A stretch of 64,000 nt of DNA, taken from Bilabrum cf. latius (Eukaryota). Under the pieces are notes generated by a model that did not search any database, was not told the DNA's origin, and worked only from the letters and a program-made list of their open reading frames with translations. Positions 25,084 through 35,671 of this stretch are shown here, piece by piece (position 1 is the stretch's first letter; every line of letters begins with the position of its first letter). A program made the translations under genes and the position numbers. The stretch spans positions 930,001 to 994,000 of the forward strand of contig OZ237748.1 in the NCBI GenBank assembly GCA_965178125.1, in the 5' to 3' direction.

Positions 25084-26892
25084 ATGTCGTCCACGCCACT
25101 TGTACAATCCAAAAATCGGTCTATTCGCGGCATATCGTATGGGTCTGTGACATCGGCTGCATCTGATCTGAGTTCGTCCGAGGAGGATCATAGCCAGAAT
25201 GAGAGCGAGGCATATGTTGTTTTTGCCGAGGCCCAGGTATCAACTGGGGAGATTCTGCATGAATACTTGTTTGGAGCTATTATTAAGCTACTTTTAGTTG
25301 GAGGGATATTTGGCATTATGCTTGGATTCTCGCTCTCAGCTCTGGTCCGGCTTGGAGGGAGCAGGCGGGAGGATGCCCCCACTGGCACTGGCAATGGCGA
25401 CGATGACCATCATCCCGACGACGAGCGGGACGGCATATGCGTGGTTTATTTCCTGTATCAAGCAGCGATGAGTTTTCCGATCGTGTGCGCATACTGCTAC
25501 GAGACGCTGGTCGGCGCTATGACGGCGTGCAGGTGCTGCCGGTACACGTCTCGATGCAGCTGCATCCGAATTTCCCGCATCATAACACTGACCGCTTTCT
25601 TACTGGCCGTGGTACTTAATTTCTTTGGATTCGCGTTCTATTGGACCCGGTTCGACGGTTCCCGTTGCGAGGACTATCCCATCATGCTCGCTCAAGCGAC
25701 CTACTATGGCATCATGGTTCCCTGCCTCTGCTTCTGCTGCTGCGTGCCCACCGTGAATGACTGCTGCGGCTGCGTGCTGAATGACCTGGCGGAGCACGCG
25801 CAGCACGAAATCGGCAGGGAATTTGCGGGGCAGGAACCGATGCCGAGCAAGGCACCGGGAAATAGGTCCGGCTGGTGCTGGTGCTGGTGCTGCCGGGGGT
25901 CGCACAGGGTGTGTGACGAGTGCGCATCATCTTCATCTCAGCTGTGCAGCTGCTTCGATCGCATATACGGCAATCGCGCCTTCATGATGTTGCTTGGGAT
26001 CAGATGGTTCGGCGAGGCAGACGACTACCTTGAGCTGGGGCTGCCTATGCCAGCTGATGTGGAGAAATCGTACTTGGCGCGATATGTGGGGGAGGGTGGG
26101 TTGAGAAGTGGCGGTGATGGGGGGGGGTGGGGGGAGATGGGGAGGGTAATCCCCCCAAGCCCCCAGGGGCATTGGGGTCAGGAACACTTGGCAGATAGGG
26201 GTCAATCGGATCATGGGAACGACTGTGGCGACGAAGATGAGGGGGAGGAGGATAATGGCCATGGAGGCCATGGGGAGAGCGACAGGGGGTCCCATAGTAA
26301 GGTGCAGTATCAGGTATCGTACCAGGACGATCACCAGGGGCCTGTGCATGCCTCCTGGCACGAGGACCAAGCAGAGCGCGGGCATGGGCATGGGCATGGG
26401 CGAGCAGGTGGACACGGTTACCAGCCCCCATTGAAGCAGCAGCACATGCAGCAACACAGGCAGCACCACCGGAGACAGCGGCGGAAACTGCACCATCGTC
26501 ATGGAAATGATGCTTTGCCGGTTGGAGCAGGGGGTGCTGCAGCCCCATGCTTCAGTGGTGTGACGAGTGCATCGATCCCGGCGGGACCGGCGGACAGCCC
26601 ACGCACGGGTCTGGAGCTGCCTCCCGCGGGGGTCACCGGACGACCGGTTGCAACCGGTAGGCGAGCACAGACCCGTGCGGGAGACGCGTCCGGCACGCGG
26701 AGCAGAGCCATTGGTGCGGTTGCAACCGGTCGCAGTGCAGCGAGGGGCACGGGCAGTGGCATTGCGGGGGGGAAAGGCGTGGGAGTGGGAGTGGTGGGCA
26801 GCCTGGGCGCAAGTCGGTGGATCGAGGGCGGTGGGGGAGGGGGAGGGGGAGGGGGGAGTGGGGTGGAGGACGAGACTGGGTCTGTGAACTGA
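25084..26892 (+). CDS. Intronless 4-TM protein with Cys clusters and a long His/Gly/Gln-rich tail
   Basis: First ATG in the track ORF is 25084 (the track start is GTG inside the duplicated relic). Four hydrophobic segments, CLCFCCCVP motif; ends in TGA. Confidence 0.75.
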   Translation: MSSTPLVQSKNRSIRGISYGSVTSAASDLSSSEEDHSQNESEAYVVFAEAQVSTGEILHEYLFGAIIKLLLVGGIFGIMLGFSLSALVRLGGSRREDAPTGTGNGDDDHHPDDERDGICVVYFLYQAAMSFPIVCAYCYETLVGAMTACRCCRYTSRCSCIRISRIITLTAFLLAVVLNFFGFAFYWTRFDGSRCEDYPIMLAQATYYGIMVPCLCFCCCVPTVNDCCGCVLNDLAEHAQHEIGREFAGQEPMPSKAPGNRSGWCWCWCCRGSHRVCDECASSSSQLCSCFDRIYGNRAFMMLLGIRWFGEADDYLELGLPMPADVEKSYLARYVGEGGLRSGGDGGGWGEMGRVIPPSPQGHWGQEHLADRGQSDHGNDCGDEDEGEEDNGHGGHGESDRGSHSKVQYQVSYQDDHQGPVHASWHEDQAERGHGHGHGRAGGHGYQPPLKQQHMQQHRQHHRRQRRKLHHRHGNDALPVGAGGAAAPCFSGVTSASIPAGPADSPRTGLELPPAGVTGRPVATGRRAQTRAGDASGTRSRAIGAVATGRSAARGTGSGIAGGKGVGVGVVGSLGASRWIEGGGGGGGGGGSGVEDETGSVN

Positions 26893-27126
26893 GTGTTCCT
26901 GGTAAAAATAGATACTGTTTTGTACTATGGAATCATTGGTATCCCGCATCTGGGATCCAGGCATATTGGCTCTCGTTCTCGTGCTCGCCGATCCAAATGC
27001 TACATGGTGCCATTTCCGGCCCGGTAACGGCTGTAAACCGCAACAGCCGTGTCTGCGCCTTCACCACTTACAATTTCGCAGAGGGAGCTGCTCCGACGCT
27101 CCTCCAGTGGGGACCAGGGCCCGGCA

Positions 27127-27954
27127 ATGCCTACGCTGGAGGACCAGCTGCAAGCCGTTGCATCAAACACGAGAGCAGCGCAGGCGACGATCGTTCCAGG
27201 GTTTGAGAGCATTGGAGGCTAGATATCATTATCGACCATTGCTTGTGGTCCGATCAGTTTGGCGATTCTTATCACGGGACTATTGTCGCTGGGATCGAGT
27301 TCCGACAGCAGCGAGGTTTGCGAGACGCTAGCCTACTGTGCCGTAGGGATAGGCGCAGTTGTGACTGCTGCCCTTTTATTTGAATGGTTCGTTGTATGCT
27401 TGGTATTGTGCAGGTGCATTCAGTACGGTGACCCCTGCGGTGTGCCCCGCATTGCTCGCGCTGTGGTGAGCACGGTCATGCTGGGCGCGGTTTTCGCGGG
27501 AACGGGTGCCGGGAGCTATTTGTTCCTGGCGGAGCGTGCCGAGAAGGAAAGCAACGGATGTGATCTGCACACCCGCCGGTCTTTTTTCGGTTTCTTCATC
27601 CTCTGCATGGTCGCTGTGATCGCGTGCGGGTGCTGCGTGCCGTGCTTGGAGTGTTTCTTAAAGGTGATGGAGGACGATATGGACGATTGCAACTGCTGCG
27701 AGGCCGTCATATGCAACCACCAAGCGCACGTGGCCGCCGGTTTCGCCTGGAACGACGGCTCTTCCTCCGATTACAGGGTCAATTACGGGCACTACCTTGG
27801 GAGGGCAGCGAACATCGTTGGCATGGGCCAGCTGGTGGCGGGGGATCGGGGCGGGGCGGGCGCTCGTCACAGGGGTGGAGGGGGAGGTGCCGCGGCCGCG
27901 CGCGACAGCGGCGGGGTGGGCCTGCGGGCCGGTGCTGGTGATGCACCGGTGTGA
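27127..27954 (+). CDS. 4-TM protein with Cys cluster (IACGCCVP), similar topology to its neighbour
   Basis: The frame extends upstream of the track ORF through TAG 27220 to ATG 27127. Four hydrophobic segments. The TGA stop lies inside a GTGTGACGAGTG motif. The start is uncertain. Confidence 0.7.
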
Positions 27955-28096
27955 CGAGTGAGGCGGGTCAAGTCAAGGCAAACCACCATCACCGCCAGCC
28001 GGCACCCATGGAATGGAGGAGAGGTGCATTGAACCATTTACACGAGTCATGTTCAAAGAAGCCTTGCGTCGTATTCATGCACCGCAATTCAATGCA

Positions 28097-30427
28097 TCAC
28101 TTGCTCTTCTTGGCGCTCTTCTTGCTGGATTTCTTGGAGCTCTTCTCCTTCTTGTCCTTCTTGCTCTTCTTGGCAGGCGTCACCGGTGCAACTGCCTCCT
28201 CTACCTCCTCCTTCTTCTTCTTGCCGTCCTTCTTGCTCTTCTTGTCCTTCCTCGCTTTCTTGCTGGGGCTGGCCTCCTCCGCACCGCTGGATGAGTCATC
28301 ATCATCATCCCCGTCATCCGACATGGCAGCCGCACCGCTCGAGGAATCCCCCGCCCTCTTCCTCTTGCTCCCCAGCTTCACTTCCTCCTCCTCCCCATCC
28401 CCGTCCGCCCCGGCCCCAGCCCCTCCCTCCTCCATCCGCCTCTTGGCCTCGCTCTTGGCCTCCTCCATCGCATTCGTGTTCCGTGCCAGCGCCCTGGCCC
28501 CAGACCCGCCCCCTCCCTGGTAGAACGCAAGCCGCTCCTCCACTTGTTCCCTGAGCCTGTCCCCGTACGCCGCCGTGGAGGCGAGGCCGCGGGCACCTGC
28601 CCCGGCCTCGCTGGCCCCTGCCCCCGCGGAGGTCGCGTCCGAAAAGGCGTCGATCCTGGCCGCGATGGAGCACTTGTTGGCCAGATACCGGCTGACCCTG
28701 CCCTTGTTCTTCTGGTCCGCCCGCCCGATGAACGTGGAGTGGAAGAGCAGACCGTACTTGGGTGTGTTCCCCTTGGTCTTGAGGGCCCTAAAGAGGGCCT
28801 TCTCTGCCCCCAGAATCTGCACAGTGGACGCGGCGGCCTTGGCGAGGCTGGTCAGCGAGCCCGCGTGGGCGATGAGCCGGGCGCCCACCGAGTCGCCGAT
28901 CAGTGCCCTCAGGTTGGGCGCCACCACCCGCATCTTACCAGAGAGGTAGTCGCTCAGCTGCTTGCGCAAACCGGAAATGCCCACCACCCGCTCGCAGAAC
29001 ATCATCACAGTGTCCAGGTCGGTGCCGCTGACCGACATGCCCGTGGAGCTGGCGGCGGCTGCAAGCAGCTGGTCCGCCATGGCGTCGTCACCCGCGAGCG
29101 CCTCGATGATGCGGGCCCGCACGGTGGCGCTGCCGGTTGCAACCTCGCCCGCGGCCCCGGCGGCCGCAACCTCCTCCTCCTTCTCGTCCTCGTCCCCATC
29201 CGAATCCGAATCGGAATCGGAATCCGAGTCGCTCGCGGGGTCTACCTCCGGCTTGATGCTGGGCACGGCCTCCCCGTCGGGGGACCCCCCCTCGGCGATG
29301 TGCCTCCTCACGGCTTCCTCCCTGTCACGGAGCACCAGGGCAGCCCGGCAGAAACAGGTGGCGTCCTTCACGATCTTGGCCATCTCGGGGAAGTGCCACC
29401 CGTACCACTCCTTGGCCCGCATGGCCAAAGTGTTGGCGTCTTTGTCCAGCTGGTCGAGGAGGGCGCTCGCCTGGATGACCATGTTGTCGCTCCTGTTCAC
29501 ATCAAACTTGACCTTGGCCCGGGAATAGCTGTGGCCCAGACCCAGCTGCGCCTGCTGCGCGGCATCCGAAGTCAGCCCGGGGACGAAGTGCGCGAGGTGC
29601 TGCCTCACACCCCTAGACACTTCCCACACGTCGTCACCAGCCCGGCACCGCAGCCCAAGAGTGCTCCCGATGGACTGTCCCAGCTTGCTGTCCAGCACGC
29701 CGAGCTCGAAGGCGGGGCCCTTGCCGGCCTTCTTGGAGGAGGAAGAGGCCGCCTCTCCTGATTCCGAGTCCACGGCTCCGGGTACGTTCTGCACCAGGAA
29801 GGTGCGCAGGGTGGGGGGAACCATGCCTGCGAGGATGATCGGATCGGAGGCAGTGAGATGATGGTGATGGTGATGGTGAGGGGGGGCAGCGGCAGGTCAG
29901 TGGAGCAGCGGATTGACGCAAGGGCAACATAGGTGTGAATGCAACATGGATTATATCCGTGGTGCAGCGTGCAGCTACCACTGTGTTGCAGTTGCAGCAG
30001 CGGCAAACTGCCAGCGCGTCCCAGAGACTTCAGCAGCACCTCGGCGGGCTGAAGATTTCCGTGCCAACCATCGAATTTGCAAATCGCGCACGGTGCACAA
30101 ATACAATACTAGACATGTATTCAAAATGTGCGGATAGAAGTAGCCCAATCGATTCACAGCGCCCAGACAAGCGCCAGTTGCAGCCTCACCTTCGCTCAGG
30201 TCGTTGATGGAAGTCAGCGCCTCCTCAGCGGACGTGAATGGCTGGAATGCGCGCAGCTTTACAACCTTTGAGAAGTCAGCGAGCTCAGCGTCGCCTACCT
30301 TGGCCTTCTCCACGAGACGGGCAAGGTCGCTGCCGGAGCCGCTGCCGGCCACGGTCTCGAGCAGGGCGTACCCGCCCGCGCTTTCGAACAGAACAAGTAG
30401 CTGGCGTCCAGTGGATGCGTCAGCCAT
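28097..30427 (-). CDS. NOP56: Nucleolar protein 56 (box C/D snoRNP core)
   Basis: Exons 30427-30190 and 29826-28097, with a phase-1 GT-AG intron. Motifs LFESAGGYALL, FTSAEEALTSINDLSEG, LGHSYSRAKVKF, LLDQLDKD, EWYGWHFPE, VQILGAEKALFRALKTKGNTPKYGL, KGRVSRYLANKCSIAARID; lysine-rich tail; ends in TGA. Confidence 0.95.
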
Positions 30428-30615
30428 GATGAAGCTTTAAATTATACTTTGACCGACCGACTCTGCGATATGCGCAAAGTATGTCGAGAAAACACTGTTG
30501 TTGCAGCGTGTTGTCTTCGGAATTCGGTTTGCCGACTGAAACTGCTCGCCACTTTACACAGGAAGGAATGTTCATGAATTTGTCACGCTTCGGATTTATC
30601 CATTCCGTCTTTGCT
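30428..30615. promoter_or_regulatory. Probable compact bidirectional promoter between NOP56 and the prenyltransferase alpha gene
   Basis: Head-to-head start codons under 200 bp apart, with an AT-rich tract (TTTAAATTATA ~30436-30446). Positional inference only. Confidence 0.45.
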
Positions 30616-33600
30616 ATGTGCGCAGCATCTGGATCGGGGGATGGTCACAGTATTGGTAGTATAGATGGTGCCAAGTCCCTTGGCGAATTGTTCTTTCGCG
30701 GAAGCGACGTGGCCGAGTGGTTTGGAATTCCCCGGGCCGGGCAATCCGGTGATGAAAAGGAACCAACACCCGAAATACCCGAAGGCACATCGAAGCAATG
30801 GCTGAGAATGGAAGGTGGAAACCCATGGGAATCCGTGTTTGCGGGAGGAGAGACGCTGCCGGGCGAGCACGTGCCTCCCCCGCCACTCGGTGATGGCGAC
30901 AGGAGTGCTCGCCTGCGAGCCATGTGCCCGGGATGGCTGCAGCCGCTTCGGAGCAACGAGGGACCGGAGCACGTGCTGCGAATTCAGACTTCTGCTGAGT
31001 GTGAGATCGCCCTCGTTTGCCAGACCGGAAGAGTGGAGCGCAAGGCCGGGATGCGCGAGACTTAGATCCGCTCGATTTGGTGTCGCACCTGGATGCTTTC
31101 CATCCCCGATTACGTCATTTCGCATGCCCATAAAATTGTAATTACATTGTTTGTTTTTCAAATTTTCCCTTTGGATGAGTGCCCCGCAGACACGATGCTC
31201 TCGGCTCTCATCCGCGGCTCCCTAGTCCCGGTGCCCCTGAGGCAGCCCGCTGGGCGTGGTAGGGGGGGGGAGGATGAACCACCAGCCGATGCAGGGGCAG
31301 GGGCCCAAAATAGCAGCAGCAGCACTCGTCATGCGGTCCGCTGGACCCCGCTGCTATTCCGGTTATGCGGGCACATGGTCAGGGAGCACAACCCCAGCTA
31401 CTTCACGGCCTGGTGGGCGAGGAGGCGCTGCCTGGACGCGTGGCTCGGGAGGATGGTGACGAGTGCAGGTGTGACGAGTGAGGAATATAGTGTGACGAGT
31501 GAGGGACGGGGCGCGGGCAGTAGCCCCCAGAGCCGCAGGGCAGTCGTGACTGACCTGAACGGTGCAGGACGGGATGGGACGCAGCTGCGAGGTGCCGTGC
31601 TTCGGGCGCTGTCCCGGGAGCTGCTCTTTACAGGGGAGGTCGCAAGGGAGAACTCCACGAAGAACTATCAGATGTGGCACCACAGGAGGGCGGTTGCAAC
31701 CGCCGCGTGCGCCGCCATCGGGCGTGTGACGAGTGGGGAGGGTGCCGCGCTGCTGCAGATGCAGCCCGAGGGGGTTGGCAGTGTGACGAGTGCGGCCGGG
31801 CTTGCCCTGTGGCGGTCTAGCGCAGAAGGAGCCCAGGATGGACGGAAAGGGGGTGGCCACGATCGTGCTGCTGGTCGTGCTGGCGCTGGCACTGGTGCTG
31901 GTGCTGGTGCTGGTTTAGGTGCTGGTGCAGGTGCTGGCACCGACTCGGCTGATGGTGCCTCGTCGGAATCACATGACTCATGGTCTTCGCTCGTCACACC
32001 ATTCCCGGGTGCCTCGGAGCTGCTGTTCACCGATTTAGCGCTGCATCCGCGGTTCCGGCGGAGCGAAGTAGCGTGCACTTTCGGAGCGGGCTGGCGCGTT
32101 GGTCGGGAGTGGGTTTCGGCTCCGGGTCGCGGGGACGACCCCAAGCACTACCACGGGTGGAGCCACCGGCGGTGGGCGCTGGCGCAGTTCCGGTTGCTTG
32201 GGACCGCATGGTCGGAGGAGCTGCAGGGCATAGGTGCTGCGGTGCTGCGGTCGATGGACGAGGACGGAGAGAAGAAGGGGTCGGAGGAGGAGTCGGAGGG
32301 TGGTGTCAGTGTGACGAGTGTTCAGCGGGAGCACGTGGTTCGCTGGCTCCGATCGACAAACGTTCCCTCGATCGCCCCTGTGCTGGGCGGCTGGGTAGGT
32401 GTCGTGACGGGAAAGCAGTACAAGGCAGGTGGCGGTGTGACGAGTGAACCATCGGACGCTGTGACGAGTGTACCATCTGACGCTGTGACGAGTGTACCAT
32501 CGTCAGGTACCCCATCGCCCCCCCCTCCGCTGGTACCCCCGGGATTGTGGGGGACGGTGTGGCGCGAGCTCTGCTGGTCGGAATGGTGCCTCACCGTCGA
32601 TCGGAGGAACGCATCGGCCTGGTCCCACAGGTGGTTCCTGCTGTCCAGGGGGGCGTGGTGGGGGGGGTGCAATGATGGTGAGGTGGAGGCAGGCGAAGGG
32701 GGGGAGCCGGACACTCGTCACACTGCGGGCGGGGAGGGTGCTGCTGAGGGTCTGGAGGTGCTGGCTGGGGGCACTGGGAGGCGCGAGAGCGGGAGCGGGG
32801 CTGGCTTCGGTGCTGGAGGAGCTGGCGATGCTGGTGCCGGCGCTGGCGCTGATGCTGGAGAGAGCGATGGTCCAGCGCAGCTCCCCCTCACTCATCACAC
32901 CCCAGACAGCGTGCTGGTGGCGGAGTGCGAGTTTGCCATGGGCATGCTGGGGCTCTCGTATTGCGGTGGTGTGACGAGTGCAAGTGGTAGTGTGACGAGT
33001 GGAGATGCAAGCACAGGAAGGGCGGCTGTCGACGGTGAGGAGGAGCCGGCCCCGGTCCTGCCCACTGCTGTGACGACTATGGCCATCCACGCCGCTTTGG
33101 ACACTCCCGGATCCATGGCTGTCTTGGGCGCTACGGGCATGGGACGGTCGACGTACGGGTGTGACGAGTGCACCGGCGCCGCCCTCCAGCGCATGGCGCG
33201 GGCAGCAGGCATGCGGCTTGTGGGGGGGGTGGAGGGCGCCATGCAGCGGCTTGAGGGGGGGAGTGGTGTGACGAGTGAGGGGGTCGTGCCCGGGCCTCCA
33301 TTGTTCCCTGGATCCGGCGGAGAGTTTGCGTCGCCTTTGTTCCCTGCCGGGACTGGGTCTGGGACTGGGTCTGGCAGAGGAGCCGACGGGCGCGTGCTTC
33401 TGAACGAGGGGGCGTGGAGGGTGGTGGTCGCTTGTGCGCGGGCGTTGGGGGCACGGGTGGCTTCCAGCGAGGAAGAGAACAACAACGGTGGGGGGGTGGT
33501 CAAAGGCAGCGGCGAGGGCGGTCCATCGACAGGAGCTGGTGCGGGTGCCGCAGCAGAGGCAGGTGAAGGCGGGGCCGTTCAATCGGGGGGAGAACAGCAG

Positions 33601-34290
33601 CATGAAGACAGGGCCGTCAGGGTGCACTGCACTGCAGGCGGCACGAGGGTCCTGACAGTGGTAGAGTATCTGTATTCCGTGCTGGAGCGAGCATGCGGTG
33701 CCGCAGTGCAGTGCACCCTATGTGCGCCGGACGGACAGAGAACAGCCCAAGCGGCAAGCTCAAACCCCCGCGCATCGACAGCTCCGTCTGCCCCTGCCAC
33801 GGCGGGTCCCTCTTCACCTGATGGCGATGGCGATGGCGATGCCGATGACGATGCCTCCGCAGCAGCTGGAGAACCCAAAAGCCCATCCGATGACACGAGG
33901 GGCCCCAGCACCACCAGCACCACCAGCAGCAGCACCAGCAGCAGCAGCAGTGGCGCCCTTGCCGAGGTTGCGTCAGGCCTGTCGGCGGGTGCATCTGCCC
34001 TCCTCTAGAAAGCAGTCGCTGGTGCTGGCAGGCCGCGTGGGTCCATGGCTTTGGCTTCGGCTGCAGAGCTGTGCGAGATTGTGGGGGGGGTGCTGCCCCC
34101 CGGGGTGGGGGACATCGCCAGGAGGGAGGCCGGTGTGACGAGTGCGGACGGTGGTGTGGATGGTGTGACGAGTGCGGCTGCCTGTCTCTGGCGCTGGCTC
34201 TCGGTGCTGGATGGAGATAGGGCGGGGCTGTGGCTGTGGATGGGGGGGATCCAGGGGAGTGGAAAGGGTGGAGTGGATGCGGGGTAGTAA
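30616..34290 (+). CDS. FNTA: Protein farnesyltransferase/geranylgeranyltransferase-I alpha subunit, expanded to ~1160 aa by low-complexity insertions
   Basis: Exons 30616-31000 and 31190-34290 (alternative ATGs at 30481/30568). N-terminal QPLRSNEGPEHVLRIQTSAEY. PPTA repeats NPSYFTAWWARR, KNYQMWHHRR, DPKHYHGWSHRRW, DRRNASAWSHRWFLL, NEGAW. The C-terminal LDGDRAGLWLW motif lies beyond TAG 34006. The frame ends TAG-TAA. Confidence 0.8.
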
Positions 34291-35671
34291 GTAAGCAAGG
34301 GGCTGAGGTGGTGGGATGGAGAGGATGGGCAGGGGCAGGGGCAGGGGCAGGGGCAGGGGCCGCTTTGTGAGTGTTTGGTATCGGGGGCTTGAATTCGTGC
34401 TCTATGTGTGTGGAGCACATCACAGGTAAAGTGAGAATGATTGGTTTCCTATTCAGTGAGTGTATCATTTTAGGCGGGTCCCACTCATCACACTCCTGCA
34501 ACAAGAGGCTAGCGTCACACCCGATCGCCTGCTAGTCGCCGAGAGTGGCACACCTACACCAGCCCAACCGCCATTGTTGCGATGCTCCTCACCAACACCA
34601 CCACCATCGCCATCACCATCGCACCACTGTGCATGTGCATCCGCCGCCAGTCAGTCATGGAATGGATCCATGGAGGCTTGGATGATCCGTGGGAGGCTCG
34701 TAGACTAGGCCGCTTGCCAGCCGAGGCGCATTGCATTGCACTGCATTGCGTTGCATTGCATGCCTCGCGCCAGCACAAGTACCTGCGGTTACATCGGCGC
34801 TATCGCAAGGTACCACGACTATGTTTGACTGGGCTTATCCCCAGGCCCCCGACCTCTTGGATGAGCAGTGAACATGTACACTCAAATGTGCCGCGCCCCG
34901 ATGGAAGCAGCAAATCGTTGTGGTGCTGCTCGGCGATGGAAGCACTCGGTTTCGGACTGCACCAGTTCTATTGTTGAGTCTAGCTCGCCGCGCGCCTGGC
35001 GGTCGTACTTCACGCGACAATGGGGAGGTTTGGCATGTGATGGCTGGACCACAAGCTGAATCCCAGTCCATCACCTCTCAACTTCTTCTAATCATCACTT
35101 GCTCTTTTGGTTAGCACCACCAAGGTTTCGGATGCGCTTCATTAGCTTTCTCTTCTTGTGCTTGTTCATTTTCCTGGCCCTCTTGCGCTTGGTGCTGTCC
35201 TATGTCGGCACAGATGTGTGCAGACAACGCAAGCTGAGCTAACCCGATGCCAAGGCACGAGAGAGCATCATTTTCGATGTTGGTGCAGCTAGACCACGCA
35301 TGCTACGCAATAACGATCTGCAAGCAACCGATGCCATCGTGGTCGTCGAAGTTTTTGCTACGTTTCACTTCATGGCGAAGGCGATGACAATCATACCGCA
35401 ACAATTGCATCGAATACCGGATTTGTGGGCTCCCCGCATACTCTCATCGTGCAAGTGTAGATATTACCCATACTCGTTGCATTGTAAACGTTTGTATCCA
35501 AGGTTACATATTGTACCAACAGAGGTGAAAAGAAGAGGCTCGAACGTCGTGAAAGGGCTGAAATCGTCACCGAGTCATAGCGTGCAAAGCAACGGCCTCA
35601 ACTCCTCGTTGGAATCGAGGCTCGCACTTCACGCGACCGACCATCGCATACGGCAAGATTCAATTGCCGCC

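Noticed and set aside
28097-30427. NOP58 rather than NOP56
   Set aside because: GHSYSRAKVKF, LLDQLDKD and SRYLANKCSIA are NOP56-type signatures.
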